From Eledone cirrhosa (Eukaryota), in the NCBI GenBank assembly GCA_964016885.1, contig OZ024747.1, forward strand, positions 89,466,001 through 89,530,000: a stretch of 64,000 nucleotides of DNA, given 5' to 3'. Made by a program: the position numbers and the translations under genes. This document shows positions 54,801-64,000 of the stretch, in pieces; position 1 is the stretch's first letter; every line of letters begins with the position of its first letter. Below the pieces are notes generated by a model, which searched no databases, had not been told where the DNA came from, and saw nothing but the letters and a program-made list of their open reading frames with translations.

Positions 54801-54929
54801 ACCACATATCTGATTATAGCTATCTACTTATTTATTCCAAAATCACTTAATCTTTAACTCTACAAAATACTTCAGCAATGCTGGTATAGTCACTGCTTCC
54901 ATCTCTCTCCCCCACCATCTCTCACTGTT

Positions 54930-55245
54930 ATAAGCAAATGAGGACCCATGCGCTTGTAGCCCTGTGGCCCAGGCAGACAGAAATGGAGAAGGCGTTTCCC
55001 CGGAGGATGGTGAGGAGGACGTGTTGGAAGAGCCATTCTTGCTCACAAGGTTCACACCTGTGGGTAGTCAACTCAGTGCTGATGGTGGTGAGTAGGGATG
55101 TGGTCCTAGGGCCAAAGACACCAGAAATTTCCATTGCTCTGGGCTTGACAACAAAACTGTTAGAGTGTGACCAATATTTGAAGAGTTTGCCCTGGATTAG
55201 TCACAGACTGCCCCAGGCTGCTACTAGAGAAAGTATTGCTGCTTA
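54930..55245 (-). mobile_element. CRE-like non-LTR retrotransposon C-terminal endonuclease fragment
   Basis: K..KY..F..P.AMEISGVFGP..EPCEQEWLFQ..LTILRGNA matches the CRE-clade pattern ET.G..G...Q..S.AI.RGNA. Confidence 0.65.
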
Positions 55246-56837
55246 ATATTAACATTAAAAAAAGATAAAGCAAGTCTTGGTTGTTATCCTTATCTGATTA
55301 TCATAAAATGGAGGAATGTTGTTGACATTAGAAAATGATAAAATAAGTGTGTTGTGGTCCTTAATCTCTCTATGACAAACATTAAAAAGAAAATTTATGA
55401 ATTAATATTTAAAATATAAGATTCAACAACAGAAACTTCTAGCTGTTTTACAGCTTCTATTGTTTCCTCTTTTCTTTTTCTTAGGCCTAATCTGCCTCCC
55501 ATTGGACTTCAATACTTTGGTATTTTATTTTATCCCCCCCCCATTATTTTTATTTTTATTTTATTTTTTATTTTTTTAAATTATTTTTTATTACTTGTGT
55601 CACTAGCTTTTTTTGATTACCAATTTTAAGGAGTATTCAATACTTCCTCTAGTCTGTCGTGGCTTACTAGCTCTATACAGACGTTTAAATTGAATAAATA
55701 AATAAGTAACTAATTAAGTTGCGGTCAAGACGTCCTTATTTATTTATATTATTAAAAAGTTTTGCTAACTGGAAAAGAGGAAAATATGATAAGAGATGTT
55801 TATGGCCTTCACATCTAAATGGGGCAGTGGTCTTTGTGGGGTGGACGTCAAAGTAGCCATTAACAGAAGTTGAGGAGAAAGAAGGAAGTCATTAATTGGG
55901 TTAGATAAATATCCACACAGGCATATATAAGTGTCTACATCTATACAGATACATACACATCCAGTTATGTACATACACTTATGTGCATACATATACACAT
56001 GGATACATACATGCATACATATGTACATATGTATAGTTAAAGCCACAAACATGTGCATACAAACATTAATAAAAGTCTTTATAAAAATATTTTTATACAC
56101 AAATAAACACACAGACATATCTATATATTTATTGACTTATATCGAGACAGACAAATTGTATTCACTTTAATTAGTTTATTTCATTAATAGCTAACTTTGT
56201 CTGTTGCAATGCAAAGACGTTTTGTGTTTATCATATATTTTAATATATTTAACTGCTCGGAAATGCCCCTTTTCTTGGAGCTGAATTATTGTAAACGACT
56301 GAGAGTTTATTCTCAAAATATAATATAGTATATATATATATATATATCACATAACAAACGGAGAATCAGTGTTGCGACGAATAAAATTTATTAGATATAT
56401 TACAATCATTTCTCTGGCGACCAGCTCGAGGCATGATTGATGTAATGATTGAACCAGACTCTGAAATCACAAGGTCCTCAGATATGTCTCGATTCTATGA
56501 AGCAGAGTTTCCAAATGTCCAGTTACCCCCACGGCCCTAACTCGGTGGTGAAGAATTGTACACGTCATCGGTATTTTTGGTCACTCATGGCCGTCCTATA
56601 TTTTGTTCCTTTCATTCACCACCTGTCAATCAAAGTTGTTTCTTAAATCTGTAGGAGCATCGAGTGCTCAAACAGCCTACCGCTTACGGATGCTTTAAGC
56701 ATCCCACACCAGTTATATATATATATATATATATATATGTTAGGTAATTGCTATGTATATTTCCCGTTATTTTTCCAGCCTCACTTCCAATTTTTAACAG
56801 ATTTTAAATCTCATTTCATATTTTTTATCCCTAACAT

Positions 56838-56908
56838 CTCTGTCTGATGACCGATCCAGACATATATTATTATTATTGTCTGGGATCCAGAAACCTTTGG
56901 TAATGGAG
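56838..56908 (+). ncRNA. Type-I hammerhead ribozyme
   Basis: ctctgt CTGATGA cc gatccagaca-loop-tgtctgggatc ca GAA ACC ttt GGT A atggag. Confidence 0.7.
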
Positions 56909-56946
56909 TAGTTATATTTTGTGTTGTTCACTTTCTAATTTTATAT

Positions 56947-57275
56947 ATCATCATCATCATGATCATCAACGTTTAACGTCCGTGTTCCACGCTTGCATGG
57001 GTTTGGACGGGGGTAGTCCCACTTGAGGCAAGAGTGATTGTCTTGCTCGCATAGGACTGTCTGGCAGGTTTTCTACAGTTGGATGCCCTTCCTAACACCA
57101 ACCACATTTACAGTGTGGGTCTGGGAGGTTTTTACCGTGTTGCCTACACGGCCACATTACAGCATGGACTGTGTGTTTTTTTGTCGTGACACCTACACGA
57201 TCTCATTTGTTTCGGCCTGGATGGCGCGGCACCAACATAACTTTACATAGAACGGGGTGGTGTGGATGGGGTGGA
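56947..57275 (-). mobile_element. RTE LINE 3' UTR copy (family C)
   Basis: Reverse complement of 25630-25957. Confidence 0.85.
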
Positions 57276-58231
57276 CACACATACACACATTTTGTTTTTG
57301 TATTTGTTTTGCAAGATTTATTATCTGAAAACTTTATTTCATGTTGCAGTTCACTCAGTTGGAAAAAAGGAGTTGTACCTGTAATACGAAAGGCCAGCCT
57401 TGTCACATTTTGTCTGAGAACTACGTTAAGGGTATACGTGTTTGTGGAATGCTCAGCCACTTGTACGTTAATTTCATGAGCAGGCTGTTCTATTGATCAG
57501 ATCAACTGGAACATTCATCATTGTAACTGATGGAATGCCTTCAATATATGCTTTAATCTATCAAACACAAAATAACTCTTGCTTAATTGTATTTATATAG
57601 CAGGCCACCTGCTTGTAATAATTCATTCAAGTACATCAAGTTACAGAAGACAAAAATTTAATGATGTAATTGTTTAGTATAAAGGCTTCATGAAATGGGT
57701 AGGGTATGAATCCATATCCTCATCTTCATCATGTACATCTTAAATGCTAATGTTGCAATTCTTTACTTGAACAAGACTTACAAATATCAGTTTCAATATT
57801 TAGCTGAATATCTTTGACTAATGTGCAAGCAATCATTATATCAAATTTAATTATTTGCTTATATTGTATTACAATTCTCAAAAGAATTGACATCTTAATT
57901 CTGGACAGTTCAAATGTTGATATATCATTGCTTATTTTTCTCTATTTTCAATTATAAACCAAGGCATTTTCCAGGCTACTCTATTTCTTGTTCTTAGTTA
58001 AGGTTAAACTAATACATTTAAGAAGTTTAAATTAAGTTATTTTGTCTTTAGTTAAGGACAGATAAGTATGCAGTGAAGCTGTCAAAGTTATTCACTGTTG
58101 CTAGTTGAGTGATGTCACTGCAAAGTTCTGTGCTTGTCTTACAACCATCACAGCAAAGATTGACTTAGGTAAAATTTCGTGTACTGCTTTTTATTCTGTT
58201 AAGACCAGTTGCTGTCATCACAGAGAAGAAG

Positions 58232-58654
58232 AATAAGATTGTCATAGAAATTGTACAACGTCGATGGGTCACATGTCTCCAACCATGTAAGGTATATTTT
58301 AAAGTCTTTTCCACCTGACAAGCCTACTCAACATCAAACAGGCCAAGTTAGCCACTTATTTCTGGCATGATAACCTTACATCTCAGAGCTCACAATGTTT
58401 GTGATTGTAGTGTGATTGCTATGCAAGAAAAATCATAGCATCTCTACAGAGATTGAACTTGATATAAGAGTGTTGTGATTAGATAGATTTGATCTGTAGA
58501 CTCTCATCAAAAGGCAGTTGGCAGAGTTAAGTGGCTACCTTGGTCTATTTAATGTAGAGGAGGTTGTCAGGCAGAACAAATTTTAGAAATATACCCTACA
58601 TGATTAAAGACATGTGAACTAAAGAAGTTCTACCATTTTTATGACAAGGTTATT
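58232..58654. mobile_element. Old foldback/MITE-like element with ~135-bp imperfect inverted arms
   Basis: tcacatgtctccaaccatgtaaggtatatt..ccaagttagccactta vs taagtggctaccttgg..aatataccctacatgattaaagacatgtga. Confidence 0.65.
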
Positions 58655-58729
58655 AATCTTCCCATTAAAATTGCAAATTTGCATAAAAATATAGAATAAT
58701 TATAAGATATCAGAAATAGTTTAAACATT

Positions 58730-59095
58730 TAAAACCTACCCCAGTCAGTAGGCATCTCTAACAAAATACCCCCCCCCCCTATCCACACCGCCCCTTTCAA
58801 TGTAAAGTTATGTTGGTACCACAACATCCAGGCCGAAGCAAATGAGATCATGTAGGTGTCACGACAAAAAAACACACAGTCCATGCTGTAATGTGGCCGT
58901 GTAGGCAACACGGTAAAAACCTCCCAGTCCCACACTGTAAATGTGGTTGGTGTTAGGAAGGGCATCCAGCCATAGAAAACCCGCCAGACAGTCCTATGCG
59001 AGCAAGACAACCACTCTTGCCTCAAGTGGGAAAACTCCCGTCCAAACCCATGCAAGCGTGGAACATGGACGCTAAACGATGATGATGATGATGAT
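58730..59095 (+). mobile_element. RTE LINE 3' UTR copy (family C)
   Basis: Near-identical to 25574-25957. Confidence 0.88.
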
Positions 59096-61104
59096 TTTTA
59101 AAAAAATAGAAGATAAAATTACTACCTTCATAGTTGATGACATTGATGCTGTTGATGATAATGATGATGGTGATGATCATTGTCATGGTTGACAACGATG
59201 ATCTTTTGTAATAAACTTCTTAAAGGTTGAGAAAACATTTATTTTATGTTGTTATACATAATATGTAGATTGAACTGTGTATTTGAATTGATCATCTTTA
59301 GTTTGTTTTCACCTCACATGCAGTGTTTAGAGATTTGGTTATTATTTAAATGTCAGCAAATATATGTATATATGTAACCAATCAGAATTAATATCCAATA
59401 GAACTTTAGAAAATAAAAACTTTTCTCTTCTAATTTATCATATTAGGTTTTTCTAGTTTTGTTTGAGGAATAGTTTATTAATCTGTTATTTATTCATTTT
59501 TATTTTATTGGAAATGTCAGACTTTATTAGTGTGGACAGACAATTTTGGTTGTTATCATTACAATTGTTTCTTAGACAGAAATGGAAGCTTGATATTTTA
59601 AAGAAATGAGAATTAGGAGGTTGTGGCATTGATGCTTTCTTAGAACATCAGTAGTGTAGGGATATAAGTTAAATGAAATGGCTCTGATGGAAAATCAAAT
59701 CTCGAAATTGGAATTTGTGTATAGAGAACATATCTCTACAATGTTTGCCTACAGGCATCATAATATAATATTAAATTGAAGTCATATTTTTCTTATTGCT
59801 GAATTAAATATGTTCCTCATCTAACAAAGTACACTAGCTTCTGGCAACCATAACATTTGTGCTTTAACTTCCTGTCTGCAATTTGCATTATTCAATATAT
59901 TTCACATTTGCATTTCACTTGTTTTCTTTCTCCCACCTTGAAACAAAATTGTTTATTGCTTAGTGACTTCTATTTAATTATTTCTTCACCCTTTTTAAGT
60001 TCATTCTTAGAGGCTCTTTTGTTTAATCGAAGCTTATTTTGTTATACATTGTGAAAGCAATCTAATCAAGTTCTTTGTTTAATTAAGTTATACCGATCAC
60101 TATTTTTCACATAATATATAAATAGTAATTCCACATAAATATATCTCAATAGAACATGCAAAAATAAAATTTTAAGAGATGTTTGCATTTGATTCTTATG
60201 CTCATTTTTACATCTAGTTATAATTTTATCAATATTTTAAAAATTAATTTTTATTTTGTCTTTTAATTTTCACTTCATAACTTTTAGTTTAAAAATACGA
60301 AATTGAATTTTTAAAATTAGAATTTACAAATTAATTTCTAAAATGAATTTGCTCAACAAAACAAGTAAATTCAAATTAAAAACGAAAACTTTTCAAAATT
60401 ATTTTAAAATTCATAATCTTTATTGACTCATCAATTAACATGAAACTAAAGAGAGAAATATTCTAACAAACTAAAGACAGAGAAGCAATAAGAAAATTTA
60501 AATGAATGGGATTAAGACAGGCAATAAAAATTAGTTTCATTCATAGTTTAATCAGTGTGTTAGTCTCTTTTCAGTTAGTTCCAGTATGACCATAATTATT
60601 TCAATTTTAATTACATAAAGAAGTAACAAACTTAAGAATGAGATCCTTTCCTGGACAAGAACTGATGAAACTGATAATTAAAAAAACTGTTAATAATTAA
60701 TATTTTTAATTAATATATATGTAAATAAACTATTTCTTCTGGCTCTTTACATTCTGAGTTCAAGTCCCATTGAAGTCAACTTTGCCTTTTATCCTTCTGG
60801 GGTGGATAAAATAAAGTACTAGTAAAGAGCTAGAGTTAATTTAATCAATTTTGCTCTGAAACATTATAGAAACCAATTTATGTGTAAATGTACAGCAAAA
60901 TATAAGCTACTATTTAAAGCTTTATCATTTACATTACTCTATATTTACTATTATATTTTCACAGTAAACATTTTATCTCACATAATCATCTCACAATATC
61001 GAATCTAGGAGATTTTGATACTATTTATTTTAAGAACAATATCTAACATCAGTATGAGCAGCCTATTACAGCCGGTTTGAACAAAAAGAGAGAGTGCGTG
61101 CATG

Positions 61105-61585
61105 CTTTATTTTAATGACCCTGAAAGGATGAAAGGCAAAGCTAACCTCTATAGGATTTGAACTCAGAATGTAAAGGATTGAAACTCTGCCATATAGCAT
61201 GCTCTATCGATTCTGCCAATCCACTGCCCTAATAATAATGGTTTCTTATATAGGCACAAGGCCAGCAATATTGGGGAGGGGAAAGTCGATTAAATCGACC
61301 CCAGTGCATGATTGGTACTTTATTTTATCGACCCCGTAAGGATGAACTCGGACTATAACTCTATGTTGCAAAGCATGGTGTCTGACACTACCGATTCTGC
61401 CAATCCACTGCCCTTAATATATAATTGTTTCTACTTTAGGCACAAGGCCAGCAATTATCCAGTACATTACTGGTACTTTATTTTATCGACCCCGTAAGGA
61501 TGAAAGGCAAAGTCAACCTCGGTGGGATTTGAACTCAGATCGTAAAGGGACGTAACTATGCTGGAAAGCATGGCGTCCGACCCTT
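61105..61585 (-). mobile_element. Cluster of three SINE family A copies
   Basis: Successive reverse-complement bodies separated by AT-rich tails. Confidence 0.85.
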
Positions 61586-62082
61586 AATATATAATATTAG
61601 ACAATATTATGTGAGAATGTTACTAACAAGAAAAGCATGTATTCATTTTTCTTCCCTTGCAATCCTAAGACAACATAGATAGGTTGTAGGTTGTACGAGT
61701 TTGGTCACCTTTGCTTTTTCTTTTACAAAGATTGTCAGCCATTTACCCATAATTCATAGAGAATATTCCTTATCCTTTGAGTTAAATCATCAACATCATT
61801 TAACGTTCATTTCCCACACTAGTATGGGTAGGACAAGCTGTCCCTTTGTGAGAGATCAGGTCACACAGAAATGATTTTGGCTTTGGTTTCTATGGTTGGA
61901 TGCCCTTCCTAACACCAACCACATTTACAGTGTGGTATGGGTGCTTTTTGTCATAACAACCCCATTAAATAAAGATCCTAATTTACAAATTACTGCACCA
62001 GCTCCCACAATTCTTGCACCTAATATTTATGGGTTTATTTAATTTAACTGCTATTAACAGTTTAGTTTAAAATTATTTCAAA

Positions 62083-62516
62083 CAAAAAATGCACCCGGTC
62101 CACACTGTAAAGTGGTCTTGTAGGTGTCACAACAAATGCACACAGTCCACACTGTAAAGTGGTCGTGTAGGTGTTATGACCAAGAACATGCAGTACACAC
62201 TGTAAAGTGGTCGTGTAGGTGTCATGACCAAAAGCATCCAGTCCACACTGTAAAGAGGTTGTGTAGGTGCCACAACCAAAAGCATCCAGTCCACACTGTA
62301 AAGTGGTCATGTAGGTGTCACAACAAAAAGCACCTAGTACTCACTGTAAATATAGTTGGCATTGGATAGGGCATCAAGCTGTAGAAACCATACCAAAATC
62401 AGTTCTGCATGAGCAAGACATGGTCACCTGACCTAGCATTGCTCACAACAGGACAACTTGTTAAATCCATGCTAGCGTGGGAAAATGGACATGAAACAGT
62501 GATGTTGATGATGATG
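62083..62516 (+). mobile_element. Family C element with ~5.5 tandem copies of a ~48-bp 3' UTR module
   Basis: gcayccagtccacactgtaaagtggtcgtgtaggtgtcacaac repeated, then the normal tail to (GAT)n. Confidence 0.85.
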
Positions 62517-63118
62517 AGAAACAATCTATAAACTCAGTCAAATCTAACTTGGTGACCAGCTAATGGATGTACACCAATTACTGGGAATTCTGTTCATCAA
62601 CTTGGCATTTTTAAAAAAGATTTTTTTTTTTTTCCTTTCATAATCATTATTGTGTATTGTAGAAAACTTCATTATTACTTTGTTGCTTTTATGTCATCAG
62701 TGAATCGTGACAAAATAGCAATGATATTAACCTTTGTGTTTTCATTTAGTTCATTGTTTAGTCTCATTTCTTTCTGTTTTGACAATTTCTGACAACCAAT
62801 GAATTTTCACTTTAGTATTTCCTTAATTACAACTTTTCTCAGCATTTCAAATTCCAAAAGAAAAAAAGAAATTGAATAAACTAGTCTATTTGTTATTACT
62901 TTTTCTGGGACTGCATGAGAATATTCTTGGTTATTTATTTTAGAATCTTAAAGATTTAAATGGAAATATGTCTGTGAGTTGTTTCATTTATTTAGTTCTT
63001 ATTTTATATCAAATTTTGTAAACATCAATGTTGTTGGTTATAAGTTTTCATTTGGTCAGTCATGGATTCATCACATTTCTGATGGAAACAATGACAAGGG
63101 TGTATGATTATAATTGTG

Positions 63119-63166
<48 letters not shown>

Positions 63167-63252
63167 AATATATATATAAGTATATATATATGTGTGTGAA
63201 TATATATATATATGTATATATATATGCATGTGTGTGAATATATATATATATA

Positions 63253-63361
63253 GCAGAGTATAAATATTTAATATAGAAATGGATTCTACAGGACTAGAAC
63301 TGTTTCATTTGGGAGAAATCATCCTTACTTACTGTGGTTACACCCCGATTGAACCCAGGAT
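63253..63361. mobile_element. Penelope-like remnant: inverted truncated hammerhead segment joined to a forward tail
   Basis: 63253-63322 matches 260-329 directly; 63323-63361 is the reverse complement of 211-246. Confidence 0.7.
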
Positions 63362-63363
63362 AA

Positions 63364-63423
<60 letters not shown>

Positions 63424-63492
63424 AAAAAAAATTGAAATCGAAAATGCAACTGGAGTCTTATATTTTTTTAAAATATATATATTTATTTGGTT

Positions 63493-63530
63493 CCTTTACC
63501 AGTTTCGCAGTTCTTCTGCTTTTCAAAAGG
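63493..63530 (-). ncRNA. Minimal hammerhead, U3-A8 variant (inverted copy)
   Basis: cctt TTGAAAA gcag-aagaa-ctgc GAAAC tg GTA aagg. Confidence 0.7.
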
Positions 63531-63580
63531 TGAGTTGAGATGAGATGTGAGCAAAACCACAGACCCTCCATCTCAACTCA

Positions 63581-63618
63581 CCTTTTGAAAAGCAGAAGAA
63601 CTGCGAAACCGGTAAAGG
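63581..63618 (+). ncRNA. Minimal hammerhead, U3-A8 variant with palindromic stem III
   Basis: cctt TTGAAAA gcag-aagaa-ctgc GAAAC cg GTA aagg; ACCGGT palindrome; AATAAA just downstream. Confidence 0.78.
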
Positions 63619-63760
63619 AACCAAATAAATATATATATTTCTTTAAAAAAATAAGACTCCAGTTGCATTTTCGATTTCATCTCTTTTTCTTTATACTTTC
63701 ACTCGTGTAGGACACCTCGGTTATTTTTCAATTTGTAAAAAAAACCTCACTTTCTAATAT

Positions 63761-63834
<74 letters not shown>

Positions 63835-63874
63835 GAAACATAAGTCAATTGCATGAACTCATAATCCTTTATTT

Positions 63875-63930
63875 ACTGCTATATATATTTCGATGATAGC
63901 CATTGAATGGCTATGGCCTCATCAGGCAGT
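63875..63930 (-). ncRNA. Minimal type-I hammerhead with (AU)n palindromic stem III
   Basis: actgc CTGATGA g gcc atagcca-ttcaa-tggctat cat c GAA ATatatAT A gcagt, then AATAAA. Confidence 0.75.
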
Positions 63931-64000
63931 TAGTCAGTTCTTAGATATGCCAGCTCTGTGTGTATAATGTTGATGTTATCAGAGCCTTGGGACATATATA

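Larger units (their letters stand above)
63420..63760. mobile_element. Penelope-like pLTR remnant: ~120-bp inverted arms, 26-nt spacer, ~65-nt tail, inside (TA)n
   Basis: 63420-63542 is the reverse complement of 63569-63695; each arm holds a hammerhead. Confidence 0.8.

Noticed and set aside
55600-55760. Structured segment ending in aataaataaataa, resembling a LINE 3' end
   Set aside because: No linked ORF or second copy, so it cannot be assigned.
62083-62352. CRISPR-like regularly spaced repeats
   Set aside because: The units are contiguous with no unique spacers, belong to a retroposon 3' UTR, and the context is eukaryotic with no cas genes.

Overview
AT-rich, repeat-dense eukaryotic genomic DNA with no recognisable intact host protein-coding gene. 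The SINE/LINE repertoire and dense (TA)n/(CA)n/(GA)n/(GAT)n microsatellites suggest an octopus (coleoid cephalopod) intron or intergenic region; this is an inference. Almost all long ORFs in the track are microsatellite artefacts. The real coding remnants are decayed retrotransposons: two Tx1/L1-like 3' ends, several RTE-clade fragments and two CRE-like endonuclease tails. Non-autonomous DNA elements (TTAA piggyBac-like MITEs, Tc2-like, hAT-like, one Helitron) and several tRNA-derived SINE families are also present. The main hidden signal is ten type-I hammerhead ribozyme motifs from about eight unrelated sequence families, folded here by eye. They range from apparently intact (18454-18533) through core variants (U3-A8, U3-G8, unpaired 10.1/11.1) to decayed. 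Most sit in short inserts in or beside TA/CA microsatellites, and several show the inverted-repeat-plus-tail layout typical of Penelope-like element pseudo-LTRs. A near-perfect 784-bp palindrome at 21360-22143 is also notable. Coordinates were read by eye; no searches or folding programs were run.
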